Shown one piece after another: positions 30,742 through 40,761 of a DNA stretch of 64,000 nucleotides. Where the stretch lies: positions 32,568-96,567 of the forward strand of contig CANQTM010000001.1 in assembly GCA_947626825.1 (NCBI GenBank), written 5' to 3'. The stretch's first letter is position 1; every line of letters starts with the position of its first letter. Under the pieces are notes generated by a model. That model saw only the letters and a list, made by a program, of their open reading frames with translations, made no database searches and was not told where the DNA came from. This DNA comes from an uncultured Bacilli bacterium. GTDB lineage: Bacteria; Bacillota_I; Bacilli_A; RFN20; CAG-631. Made by a program: the position numbers and the translations under genes.

Positions 30742-31384
30742 ACATATAAAAAAGATAAAAAACGATTTTTCTTATAGAACTACATTATCAACGATATTTT
30801 CTTTATTAATAAATTTGGTTTTCATTATATATAATGGATATTTAGGAATTAAATATTATGATGCTTTTTCAATAGGAATAACAATTTATTATGCATTATT
30901 GTTTTGGGTGATGTTAGCAACGCTTATTGTAGAAAGAAATATTGTTAAAAATAATAAAGAGCAAAAAGATAAAATAAGAATAAAAAATTATAAAATCTCA
31001 TCCATTTTTATTTTTATTATTGATTTTAGTCTTATTGCTCCAATTATTTTAATGGTTGTAAATCCAAAAGATGTGAATTTTGGATTAATTCCTGCTATTG
31101 TAATGGCCACTTATTGTGTTTATAAAATAATAAAAGCAATTATAAATTATAAAAAATCTAAAAAAACAAATAATTTATCAATAGTTTTGCTTAAAGAAAT
31201 AAATATTATTGGTGCAATTGTTTCTATATTAAACTTACAACATACTTTAATTATGGTTAATGGAGGTATGAATGATGATATGAAAACATTATCTTTTGTT
31301 TCAAGTGTTGGCTTTATTATATTAATCATAATGTTTTCAATATTTTCTTTTGTTAAAAATAAAACTTTATATAAAGAAAAATAA
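30719..31384 (+). CDS. Hypothetical polytopic membrane protein
   Basis: Four to five hydrophobic helices. Overlaps the end of the TetR gene, so the two are probably co-transcribed. Confidence 0.45.
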   Translation: MSKMKIIEHIKKIKNDFSYRTTLSTIFSLLINLVFIIYNGYLGIKYYDAFSIGITIYYALLFWVMLATLIVERNIVKNNKEQKDKIRIKNYKISSIFIFIIDFSLIAPIILMVVNPKDVNFGLIPAIVMATYCVYKIIKAIINYKKSKKTNNLSIVLLKEINIIGAIVSILNLQHTLIMVNGGMNDDMKTLSFVSSVGFIILIIMFSIFSFVKNKTLYKEK

Positions 31385-31404
31385 AAATAATAAAATTATA
31401 TTTC

Positions 31405-31540
31405 TTGACAAGTAAGTTGTCAAAATAGTAGAATGATTTCGTTAAGTTTCTAATAGAAAATATTTAGAAAATTTTAATGGCTTTGTAACGTTTTATTTGC
31501 AAATGTGTTTTTTGTAAAAAAAAACGTTTTTTTTGTTTAA
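31405..31540 (+). promoter_or_regulatory. pyrG promoter (TTGACA-18-TAGAAT) with overlapping palindrome and leader hairpin / putative attenuator
   Basis: -35 TTGACA at 31405-31410 and -10 TAGAAT at 31429-31434. Inverted repeat TTGACAAgtaaGTTGTCAA. Leader hairpin aacgtttt...aaaacgtt followed by a T8 run. GAAGGAG RBS. Confidence 0.45.
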
Positions 31541-31562
31541 AACATTGTGAAGGAGTGGTAGT

Positions 31563-33170
31563 ATGAAATATGTTTTTGTTACAGGCGGTGTTGTTTCAGG
31601 ATTAGGAAAAGGTATTGTAGCAGCTTCTTTAGGAAGATTACTAAAATGTAGAGGATTAAAAGTTGCAGCCCAAAAATTTGATCCTTATATGAATATTGAT
31701 CCTGGAACTATGAATCCAATTCAACATGGTGAAGTTTATGTAACTGAAGATGGCGCAGAAACAGATTTAGATTTAGGCCACTATGAAAGATTTATTGATG
31801 AAAATTTGACAAAATATTCAAACCTTACTAGCGGTAAGGTATTTTGGAAAGTTCTTAATAAAGAAAGGAATGGTGAATATGATGGACAAACAGTACAAAT
31901 TATTCCCCATGTTACAAACGAAATCAAACGATTTATTAAGAAAAATGCTGATTTAACACAAGCAGATGTTATGATTACTGAAATTGGTGGTACTATTGGT
32001 GATATTGAAAGTCAACCATTTTTAGAAGCAATTAGACAATTTTCTATTGAAGTTGGTCGTAAAAATTGTTTATTTATCCATGTATGTTTAGTACCATTTA
32101 TTGCTGGATCATATGAATTTAAATCAAAGCCAACACAACATTCAGTAAAAGAATTACAATCAAATGGTATTAATCCTGATATTATTATTACAAGATCTGA
32201 AACTGATTGTGGTGAAAAAATTCGTCAAAAAATAGCATTATTTTGCAATGTGGAAGAAGATTGTGTTATTCAAAATTCAACTGCTAAATGTTTATATGAA
32301 GTACCTTTGATGCTTCATAAAAATGGTTTAGATAAAGTTGTTTGTCGCAAATTTGGATTTAGAAAAAAATGTGATTTAACTATTTGGAAAGAAATGGTTA
32401 AGTCAATACATAGTAGAAAAAATAAAGTAACTATTGCCTTGGTTGGAAAATATGTTACTTTACATGATTCATATTTATCAATTATTGAGGCATTAAATCA
32501 TGCTTCATATGCTAATCATGTAAATGTTGAAATCAAATGGATTGATAGCGAAAAAGTAAAAAAATCAACTATTAAAAGCCTTTTTAAAGATGTTTATGGA
32601 ATTATAGTTCCTGGAGGATTTGGCAATAGAGGTATTGAAGGAATGGTTTTAACATGTCAATATGCAAGAGAAAAAAATATACCTTATTTTGGTATTTGTT
32701 TGGGCATGCAAGTTGCTGTTATTGAATATGCAAGAAATGTCGCAAAAATATCTGATGCCACTAGTGGTGAATTTTCAAATAATGGCAGTAAAGTTATTGA
32801 TATAATGGAAGATAAAAAAGGTAAAATTATTGGTGGAACAATGCGACTTGGTGCATATCCTTGTAAAATTAAAGATGATAGCATTATGCAAAGAGCATAC
32901 AATCAAGAACTTGTTGAAGAAAGACATAGACATCGTTATGAATTTAATAATGAATATAGAAAAATTTTAGTAGACAAAGGACTTTTTATTAGTGGAACAT
33001 CACCTGATAATAAAATTGTTGAAACTATAGAAGTAAAAGAAAACAAATTTTTTATTGGTGTTCAATTCCATCCAGAATTTAAAAGTAGACCTAATGCAGT
33101 TCATCCATTATTTTATCATTTTGTTAAATGCTCAATTGAAAAAATGGTAGGTGAGAATGTTGAAAAGTAA
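31563..33170 (+). CDS. pyrG: CTP synthase
   Basis: MKYVFVTGGVVSGLGKGI N-terminus. GATase domain GICLGMQ. Confidence 0.9.
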   Translation: MKYVFVTGGVVSGLGKGIVAASLGRLLKCRGLKVAAQKFDPYMNIDPGTMNPIQHGEVYVTEDGAETDLDLGHYERFIDENLTKYSNLTSGKVFWKVLNKERNGEYDGQTVQIIPHVTNEIKRFIKKNADLTQADVMITEIGGTIGDIESQPFLEAIRQFSIEVGRKNCLFIHVCLVPFIAGSYEFKSKPTQHSVKELQSNGINPDIIITRSETDCGEKIRQKIALFCNVEEDCVIQNSTAKCLYEVPLMLHKNGLDKVVCRKFGFRKKCDLTIWKEMVKSIHSRKNKVTIALVGKYVTLHDSYLSIIEALNHASYANHVNVEIKWIDSEKVKKSTIKSLFKDVYGIIVPGGFGNRGIEGMVLTCQYAREKNIPYFGICLGMQVAVIEYARNVAKISDATSGEFSNNGSKVIDIMEDKKGKIIGGTMRLGAYPCKIKDDSIMQRAYNQELVEERHRHRYEFNNEYRKILVDKGLFISGTSPDNKIVETIEVKENKFFIGVQFHPEFKSRPNAVHPLFYHFVKCSIEKMVGENVEK

Positions 33171-35247
33171 TATTTTAAATATATTTGAAAAAGATGTTTT
33201 TACTGATAAATTAATGAAAAAAAGTTTGTCAAAAAAAATTTATAAACAATATCAAAAATTAATTACCAATAAAACACCTTTAACGATAGATGTTGCAAAT
33301 GAAATTGCAAAAGCAATGAGAACGTGGGCTATGAAGAAAAAAGTAACTCATTTTACTCATTGGTTTCAACCACTTACTGGTATTACTGCTGAAAAACATG
33401 ATAGTTTTTTAGATAAAGATTTAAATAATAAACCAATAAGTATTTTCACAGGAAAATCATTAATTAAAGGTGAACCTGATGCGAGTTCTTTTCCAAGTGG
33501 TGGAATGAGGAGTACTTTTGAAGCAAGAGGTTATACAGTTTGGGATCCAGCATCACCAGTTTTTATTCTAAATAATACTTTATATATTCCTACTGCCTTT
33601 TGTTCATATAGTGGAGAAGCTTTAGATAAAAAAACACCTTTATTAAAAAGTATTGAACTTTTAGATGAAAAAGCCACAAAACTTTTAAGCATATTAGGCT
33701 ATCAAGTTGATAAAGTTGATACAACAGTAGGTGCTGAACAAGAATATTTTTTAATAGATAAAGAAGTATATAAAAAAAGAATCGATTTAATGAATTGCGG
33801 ACGAACTTTATTTGGAGCAAGACCAGTAAAAGGACAAGAATTAGACGATCATTATTTTGGTCAAATTAAAAATCGTGTTGCAAATTATATGGCTGATTTA
33901 GATAAAAAGTTATGGGCTGTTGGTATTTATTCAAAAACGGAACATAACGAAGTTGCTCCTGCACAACACGAACTTGCTTCAGTATATGCTTATACTAATG
34001 TTGCTACTGATAATAATCAATTAACAATGACAATTATGAAACAAACGGCTTTTGAACACCAAATGGTTTGCTTATTACATGAAAAGCCTTTTGAATATAT
34101 AAATGGTAGTGGTAAACATAATAATTGGTCTTTATCGGCTAATAATGAAAATCTATTAAATCCAACTAAAAATCCTAAAAATAATATTAGATTTTTATTA
34201 CTTTTAACAGCAATTATCGAAGCTGTTGATAAATATAGTGATCTTCTTAGAATATCTGTTGCCAGTGCTAGCAATGATCATAGGTTAGGTGCAAATGAAG
34301 CACCACCAGCAATTATTTCTATTTTTCTAGGAAATGAATTAACAGATATTTTAGATTCTATTGAACAAAGTAAAGATTATCATCAAAAAATTCGTGAAAG
34401 AATTGATTTAAAAATTCAATCAATTCCTGAACTTATTAAAGATACATCCGATAGAAACAGAACGTCGCCATTTGCTTTTACAGGTAACAAATTTGAATTT
34501 AGAATGGTAGGTTCAAGTCAATCACTTGCAGATCCTAATATGATTTTAAATCTTATCGTTGTAAGTGTTTTAGATGATTATATTAAAGAATTAGAAAATG
34601 CTACTAATGTTCCTGAAAAAGCATTAGAAATTATAAAAAAATCTTATAAAAACCATAAAAGAATTATTTATAACGGAAACGGTTATTCAAAAGAATGGTT
34701 AGAAGAAGCAAAGGCAAGAGGACTTAATAATTTAAAAGATACTGTTTCTTCATTACAATGTTTATTAGAAAAGAAAAATATTGATTTGTTTGAAAAATAT
34801 CACATTTTTTCTGAAAAAGAACTGCACGCACGTTATGAAATATTGTTAGAAAATTATTATAAAACAATATATATTGAAGCAGAGACAATGTGTGAAATGT
34901 TATATAAAAATATTTTGCCCGACATTTTTTCATATAAAAATTTCCTTGCTTTAGAAATTCATAATTTAGAAAAAATAAAATGTAGCGCTATTTATGAAAA
35001 AGAACTTTTAAATAAAATAAATGATTTATGTGATAGAATTAATGTTAGTGCTAAAAAATTAACAAATACTATTGAAAAATTTAAAATGGAAAACGATACA
35101 TATTCTAAAGCAAAATATTGTCATGATGTAATGTTATCGTCAATGGAATTTTTGCGTAAAGATGTTGATAATATTGAACCATTAATTCCTAAACAATTTA
35201 ATAGTTTGCCAACATATGCAGATATTTTATATAGCGTCAATGATTAA
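33151..35247 (+). CDS. glnN: Glutamine synthetase type III (GlnN-like)
   Basis: ~700-aa GS with N-terminal TVGAEQEYFLID and catalytic-domain motifs. Overlaps the pyrG stop. Exact start uncertain (GTG at 33151 or ATG at 33157). Confidence 0.65.
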   Translation: MRMLKSNILNIFEKDVFTDKLMKKSLSKKIYKQYQKLITNKTPLTIDVANEIAKAMRTWAMKKKVTHFTHWFQPLTGITAEKHDSFLDKDLNNKPISIFTGKSLIKGEPDASSFPSGGMRSTFEARGYTVWDPASPVFILNNTLYIPTAFCSYSGEALDKKTPLLKSIELLDEKATKLLSILGYQVDKVDTTVGAEQEYFLIDKEVYKKRIDLMNCGRTLFGARPVKGQELDDHYFGQIKNRVANYMADLDKKLWAVGIYSKTEHNEVAPAQHELASVYAYTNVATDNNQLTMTIMKQTAFEHQMVCLLHEKPFEYINGSGKHNNWSLSANNENLLNPTKNPKNNIRFLLLLTAIIEAVDKYSDLLRISVASASNDHRLGANEAPPAIISIFLGNELTDILDSIEQSKDYHQKIRERIDLKIQSIPELIKDTSDRNRTSPFAFTGNKFEFRMVGSSQSLADPNMILNLIVVSVLDDYIKELENATNVPEKALEIIKKSYKNHKRIIYNGNGYSKEWLEEAKARGLNNLKDTVSSLQCLLEKKNIDLFEKYHIFSEKELHARYEILLENYYKTIYIEAETMCEMLYKNILPDIFSYKNFLALEIHNLEKIKCSAIYEKELLNKINDLCDRINVSAKKLTNTIEKFKMENDTYSKAKYCHDVMLSSMEFLRKDVDNIEPLIPKQFNSLPTYADILYSVND

Positions 35248-35356
35248 AAATTAAAAAAATAGAAACACTTTTAAAAGATACAATTTAAGAAAAATATAAA
35301 AAGTGTTTTTATTTTACTAATTAATTTAGTATAATTAAACAAATGGAGGTTAATTT

Positions 35357-36760
35357 ATGCAAAAAGATCAAATATTAGAAATCTTAAATGCCGCTTTGTC
35401 AAGTGGTGGTGATTACAGTGAATTATTTTTTGAAGATACGAATTCTAGAAATTATTTATTAGAAAATAGCAATGTTTCTACTGCCCTAACTTCAAATGTT
35501 TATGGCTGTGGAATTAGAATTTTGAAAAAAGATAAATGTGTATATGGATATACTAATGATATTTCTTTTAATAATTTATTAAAAATGGCTAATTCTTTAA
35601 AAGATAGTTTTGAAGGAGAAAGAATTCTTAAAGTTACTAAATTAGAAAATGTTAAGAGTGCAAATCGTAATAAACCTATAATACCATATGATAAAATGCC
35701 ATTAGATAAACAAATTTCTTTATTAAAAGAAGCTAGTGAAGTGGCATTAAATTATGATGAAAGAATCAAAAAGGTGGATATAAATTATAGTTTTAAAACA
35801 CAATTAGTAACTATATATAATAGCGATGGTAAAATAGTAAAAGATAGCCGTACAAGAGGCCGAGTTTATATAAATGCAATTGCTGTTAAACCAAATGCTA
35901 TGCAAGTTGGTGGAAAAGGCCCAGGGGCACAACGTGGCTTTGAATTTTTTAATGAATTAATAGATTTAAAAGAATATGCCAAAGAAGCAGCAAGAATTGC
36001 TATTACAATGTTAGATGCTGATGATTGTCCATCAGGAGAAATGCCTGTCATTATTGATAATGGTTTTGGTAGTGTTATTTTCCATGAAGCTTGTGGACAT
36101 GGCCTAGAGGCAAGTTCAGTTTCTAAAAATTTATCGATATTTTCAAATAAAAAAGGCCAAAAAATTGCTTCAAATATTGTAAATGCTTTTGATGATGGAA
36201 CAATTGCTGGTGGTTGGGGTTCTGGAAATTTTGATGATGAAGGCAATCCAACACAACGAACACAACTTATTAAAGATGGTGTTTTAATAAATTATTTAGT
36301 TGATAATTTTAATGGTCGAGCTATGAATGAAAAAGGAAATGGTGCTTGCCGAAGAGAATCATATAAATATGCACCAACTTCAAGAATGTCAAATACTTTC
36401 ATTGGCAATGGTACATCAACAAAAGAAGAAATTATTGCTAATACTAAGTTTGGCTTATATGCAAAATCTTTAGGTGGCGGTTCTGTAAATCCAACAACAG
36501 GAGATTTTAATTTTGCAGTTCAAGAAGGATATTTAATTGAAAATGGTAAAATAACAAAACCTGTGAAAGGTGCTACATTAATTGGCAATGGTGCAAATAT
36601 TTTATTTAATATTGATATGGTTGGTAATAATCTTTTAAGAGAACAAGGAATGTGTGGTGCCGCATCTGGTTCAATTCCAGCTGATGTTGGACAGCCAACA
36701 ATAAGAGTTAAATCAATTTTAGTTGGTGGAACAGGAGGAAAAATCAAAAATGAACTTTAA
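35357..36760 (+). CDS. tldD: TldD-family metalloprotease
   Basis: HEACGHGLE motif. GGAGG RBS. Confidence 0.75.
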   Translation: MQKDQILEILNAALSSGGDYSELFFEDTNSRNYLLENSNVSTALTSNVYGCGIRILKKDKCVYGYTNDISFNNLLKMANSLKDSFEGERILKVTKLENVKSANRNKPIIPYDKMPLDKQISLLKEASEVALNYDERIKKVDINYSFKTQLVTIYNSDGKIVKDSRTRGRVYINAIAVKPNAMQVGGKGPGAQRGFEFFNELIDLKEYAKEAARIAITMLDADDCPSGEMPVIIDNGFGSVIFHEACGHGLEASSVSKNLSIFSNKKGQKIASNIVNAFDDGTIAGGWGSGNFDDEGNPTQRTQLIKDGVLINYLVDNFNGRAMNEKGNGACRRESYKYAPTSRMSNTFIGNGTSTKEEIIANTKFGLYAKSLGGGSVNPTTGDFNFAVQEGYLIENGKITKPVKGATLIGNGANILFNIDMVGNNLLREQGMCGAASGSIPADVGQPTIRVKSILVGGTGGKIKNEL

Positions 36761-38069
36761 TAAATATTTTTCATATGCAAAAGAAAAAGGCTTTTCAGAT
36801 ATTGAATTTAAAACAATAACTCATAATAACTTAGCTATTCAAATTTTTCATAAAAATGTTGAAAATTATCAAATATCAGAAAATGAAGTTATTTATATTA
36901 GAGGCATTTTTAATGGTAATTTAGTTTCAGGTCAAACAGAAAATAAAAACAATATTACTGATATTATTGATATTATGGCTTTAAATGCTAAATTAATTGA
37001 TGAAAAAAAAGAACAAGAAATATTTAAAGGATCAGATAAATATAAAAATTTTAAAACATATAATGATTCTTTCAATCAAAAAAGTTCAAATGAAAAAATT
37101 AATATGTGCTTAGAACTTGAAAATAAAGCATATGATTATGATTCAAGGATTGTTGATGTGGAAGAAGTATCTTATGAAGAAGTTACTTCAGCTATGAAAA
37201 TAGTTAATTCAAAAGGTCTAAAACTTTCATATAAAGTTAATTATGCAATGCTTGTTTTATCTGTTGTTGCAAAAAGTGAAAGTGATGTGCGTACTAGTTT
37301 TTCTTATCAAGTAAAAGATAACCCTAATGATTTTGATTTAGATTATCTTGTTAAAAAAGCCTGTGATGATGCTATTAATTCTTTAGATGGTCAACAAATT
37401 AATTCTAAAAAATATAAAGTGATTTTATCACCAAATGTTTTTGCTTCTTTTGTTTCATTTTTACTAGAATCAGCATCAGGAGAAAAAATTAACAAAGATA
37501 AATCGCTTTTAAAAGATAAATTAGATAAAGAAATAGCGTCTAAAAAACTAACAATCATTGAAAATCCATTAAATAAAAATTATCCATATTATTATAGAGC
37601 ATTTGATGATGAAGGTGTTGCAACTTATAAAAAAACAATTATAGATAAAGGAATATTAAAAACATATCTTTATAATATTGAAGAAGCCAAAGTTGCTAAA
37701 GTAAATTCTACAGGTAATGGCTATGGTGGTTCAAAAATTGGTATTACTACATCTTTTGTAGAAATAAAACCAAGCAAAAAATCATTAGATGATTTATGTC
37801 TAATGGTTAAAGATGGAGTTTTAATAAATAATGTTCATGGTCTTCATGCTGGCATGAATCCATTATCAGGAGATTTTTCTTTACAAGCAAGCGGCTATAT
37901 AATTGAAAATGGTAAAATTGCCAAACCAGTGAATCTTATTACCATTGCTGGTAATTTGTTTGAAATGTTTAAAGATATTAAAGAAGTAGGAAATGATATC
38001 TTTGTAACTTATGGTGGTATTTCAACACCATCAGTATTTATAAAAAAATTGGCAATATCAAGTAAATAA
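36750..38069 (+). CDS. pmbA: PmbA/TldE-family protein (TldD partner)
   Basis: PmbA_TldD fold. GGAGGA RBS before the ATG at 36750. Overlaps the tldD end. Confidence 0.65.
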   Translation: MNFNKYFSYAKEKGFSDIEFKTITHNNLAIQIFHKNVENYQISENEVIYIRGIFNGNLVSGQTENKNNITDIIDIMALNAKLIDEKKEQEIFKGSDKYKNFKTYNDSFNQKSSNEKINMCLELENKAYDYDSRIVDVEEVSYEEVTSAMKIVNSKGLKLSYKVNYAMLVLSVVAKSESDVRTSFSYQVKDNPNDFDLDYLVKKACDDAINSLDGQQINSKKYKVILSPNVFASFVSFLLESASGEKINKDKSLLKDKLDKEIASKKLTIIENPLNKNYPYYYRAFDDEGVATYKKTIIDKGILKTYLYNIEEAKVAKVNSTGNGYGGSKIGITTSFVEIKPSKKSLDDLCLMVKDGVLINNVHGLHAGMNPLSGDFSLQASGYIIENGKIAKPVNLITIAGNLFEMFKDIKEVGNDIFVTYGGISTPSVFIKKLAISSK

Positions 38070-38081
38070 AAACAATCGAAA

Positions 38082-38118
38082 AGAAGTGGCCCACTACAAC
38101 CACTTCTTTTCTTTTTTT
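38082..38118. terminator. Bidirectional rho-independent terminator
   Basis: gaagtgg/ccacttc hairpin followed by a T run. Lies between convergent genes. Confidence 0.55.
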
Positions 38119-38153
38119 ACACACAAACTTATCGCTTGAGAACAGTAGACAAT

Positions 38154-38522
38154 TTAATTTTTGATTGGTAATGCTAGTTTTATTTGATTTGCATATTCAC
38201 TAGCCATTAAACCAACAACTAGTGTGACTTTATTTGTTGATTTAACAATACCAATACCAGCTAATTTAAGTTTATCATCATCTATTTTTTTATAATCTTT
38301 TAAGACTAATGATAATCTTGAAGCAATAGCTTTAACTTCAAGAATGTTATTTACTCCGCCAACCGCTAAAATAATATTTTGATAATATTGTTTAGCATCA
38401 GCATTGATTGCTTTTTTCTTTTTTAAAGCAACTAAATAAATAATTAAAAAAGTAACTAAAGCAATTATTAATAAAGCAGCAATGATTGAAACAATTAAAA
38501 TAATAATTTCTTGTGTTGTCAT
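38154..38522 (-). CDS. Membrane-anchored PTS EIIB(Glc)-like domain protein lacking the phosphorylatable Cys
   Basis: N-terminal TM helix. AVGGVNNILEVKAIASRLSLVLKD aligns to the EIIB(Glc) motif GGxxNIxxxxxCxTRLR with Cys->Ala and RLR->RLS. Confidence 0.5.
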   Translation of the reverse strand: MTTQEIIILIVSIIAALLIIALVTFLIIYLVALKKKKAINADAKQYYQNIILAVGGVNNILEVKAIASRLSLVLKDYKKIDDDKLKLAGIGIVKSTNKVTLVVGLMASEYANQIKLALPIKN

Positions 38523-38532
38523 ATTTCTACCC

Positions 38533-39162
38533 CTATAAAATTTTCTTTAAATTTTCTTTAAGTTTATCATAGGCTTTTTGGGTTAAATGAATACCATCTA
38601 GTGTATCATCAAGACTTAATGAATCATTTTTGTCAGCTAAGATTTTATATAAATCAAATACTTGAATGTTATCTTTTGGATTGTCCATTTTTCTAATTAA
38701 TTCATTAAGACCTTTAACCTTTAAAATATCACGACAAGCAGGATAAATGTTTTCAACATGTTTAGCTTCATAATAACAAGGTGGAGTAATTGTTGCTATA
38801 ATAATTCTAACATTAGGTAAATTTTCTTTTAACATGTAAACAATATCATGAATATTATTTATAATTTGTTCTAAAGTATAACCATCGCAAATATCATTGC
38901 TGCCAATAAATAGATATACTATTTTTGGATGTATAGCAATAACACGATCAGTTAATGTCATCAAAACGCCTTGACTTTTATCTGATACGATCCCCCTATT
39001 TATACATTTTAAATTAAAATCACTAACATCCATCATCTCTACTATTGAATCTCCAAGAAAACAAATATCACATGAATCATTTGTTTTGTTTTCTTCCATA
39101 AATTGATTCATTCTATCATAGAAATGTTGATATGTTTGAAAGATAACTTTGTTCATAACCAT
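38533..39162 (-). CDS. SGNH/GDSL-family hydrolase (cytoplasmic)
   Basis: Blocks CFLGDSIVE, LFIGSNDI and DGIHLT. Confidence 0.6.
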   Translation of the reverse strand: MVMNKVIFQTYQHFYDRMNQFMEENKTNDSCDICFLGDSIVEMMDVSDFNLKCINRGIVSDKSQGVLMTLTDRVIAIHPKIVYLFIGSNDICDGYTLEQIINNIHDIVYMLKENLPNVRIIIATITPPCYYEAKHVENIYPACRDILKVKGLNELIRKMDNPKDNIQVFDLYKILADKNDSLSLDDTLDGIHLTQKAYDKLKENLKKIL

Positions 39163-39264
39163 CCTTTATTTATTGCTATTTTGTGTCTTGTATAGCTCAA
39201 GAAATTTTATAAATTAATTATAGCAAATAATTAAAGTGATTAGCAATTTAAAATAACAACATTA

Positions 39265-40761
39265 TTATCTTTGCACTTGAGGTGCTTGTATATTATTATC
39301 ATCTTCAGAAAAATATTGATAGTATTTATAATTATAGTAATGATAATAACTTGAACCTCTATATGCTTTCTTTTTGATGCCATTTAAAACAAAACCTAAG
39401 ACAGGAATTTTTGAAAATTCTATCTTTTTCATTGTTGCATCTAACGAATTATTTGTTGTTACTTCATAACGAACAGCTAGAACAATTCCTGAAATAACTT
39501 TAGATAATTCTAAGACATCTGTAACTGCATTAATTGGAGGAGTATCAATGATGATATAATCATATGTACTACTCAATTCTTCTACTATGATTTTCATTTG
39601 TGCTGAACCTAATAGTTCAGATGGATTTGGGGGTAGCGGCCCAGCACAAATTAAATCCAAATTTGGAACGACATCTTTTTTAATGCTTTCATCCATAGTA
39701 CTATCTTTACTAATAAGCGTTGATAGTCCTTTTTCATTAATCACATTAAAAATTTTGTTTTGCTGATTTTTTCTTAAATCAGCATCTATTAACAATACCT
39801 TCTTGCCGGCTTCAGCTAAGGCAATAGACATATTAGCAGCTAATATTGATTTTCCTTCACTTGGATTAGCACTACTTACAGCTAAAATTTTCTTTTCAAA
39901 AGGTGATAGAGAAAAAATGACATTCATTCTAATTGTTTTAAAACTTTCCGTAATATAAAATGGAGTTTCTTCATCTGTTATTTTAAATGGATGAACCTGT
40001 TTTTCCTTTTTCTTTTTTTCGCTTGAATATTGTAAAACTTCTCCAATAATAGGCTTTTTATATTTTTTATCTAATATTTCTGTAGATTTAATAGTGTTGT
40101 CTATAGCGTCTAAAAACAAACATACTAAAACACTTATTATAAAACCTAAAATTAAACCAATTAAAGTATTTGAAAATAAATTTGGAGATACAGGTATTTT
40201 ATAAACAAAAGCATCTTCTGTTTTTTGTAATTCTCCTGCATTAATGGCCTTTTCAGTTGATGGCTTACTTTCTGAAAATAAAGCATTACATAGAGCTGCA
40301 GATAAATATGGATCTTTTGTTGTTGCTTCCACATTTATGACATTTGTATCTTCTTTATAACGAATAGAATAACATTTCTTAATTGATGAAGTTTTAACTT
40401 TATTATCACTACTAAAACTAAAATTATTTTTTAATACATCATTACTAATGTAATATGTTTCTTTATAATCAGTTGATTGCAATTTAGCATAAACATCTTC
40501 AATTACTTTATCATCTAATAACACTTCTATAAAAGTATTAGCAAGTTTCTTTGATTCAACTATATCTTGTTCACTATTTGGCAAATTGGAATTCTTTTCA
40601 ATGCGAACATAGAAATTCATATGTGATGAATATTTAGGTGCTATCAATGTTTTGGTAACTGTAAAAGCTACTAGCCCAGCACAAAATGTAATTAAGATAA
40701 TTAATTTTATTTTTGACAGTAATAAACTAAAAAAGTTTCTTACAGAGTAGTTGCTGTTCAT
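39265..40761 (-). CDS. Fused Wzz chain-length-determinant / BY tyrosine-protein kinase (Wzc/CapAB-like)
   Basis: Two TM helices flank a periplasmic-type Wzz region. Walker A SANPSEGKS, A' VLLIDADLR, Walker B IIIDTPP, and a C-terminal Tyr cluster YRGSSYYHYYNYKYYQYF. GGAGAAAAA RBS before MNSNYSV. Confidence 0.75.
   Translation of the reverse strand: MNSNYSVRNFFSLLLSKIKLIILITFCAGLVAFTVTKTLIAPKYSSHMNFYVRIEKNSNLPNSEQDIVESKKLANTFIEVLLDDKVIEDVYAKLQSTDYKETYYISNDVLKNNFSFSSDNKVKTSSIKKCYSIRYKEDTNVINVEATTKDPYLSAALCNALFSESKPSTEKAINAGELQKTEDAFVYKIPVSPNLFSNTLIGLILGFIISVLVCLFLDAIDNTIKSTEILDKKYKKPIIGEVLQYSSEKKKKEKQVHPFKITDEETPFYITESFKTIRMNVIFSLSPFEKKILAVSSANPSEGKSILAANMSIALAEAGKKVLLIDADLRKNQQNKIFNVINEKGLSTLISKDSTMDESIKKDVVPNLDLICAGPLPPNPSELLGSAQMKIIVEELSSTYDYIIIDTPPINAVTDVLELSKVISGIVLAVRYEVTTNNSLDATMKKIEFSKIPVLGFVLNGIKKKAYRGSSYYHYYNYKYYQYFSEDDNNIQAPQVQR

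Noticed and set aside
35267-35310. Possible terminator after glnN (aacactttt...aaaagtgtt followed by a T run).
   Set aside because: The stem arms are separated by a ~25-nt loop, too long for a canonical intrinsic terminator. It might still pause transcription but is not called.
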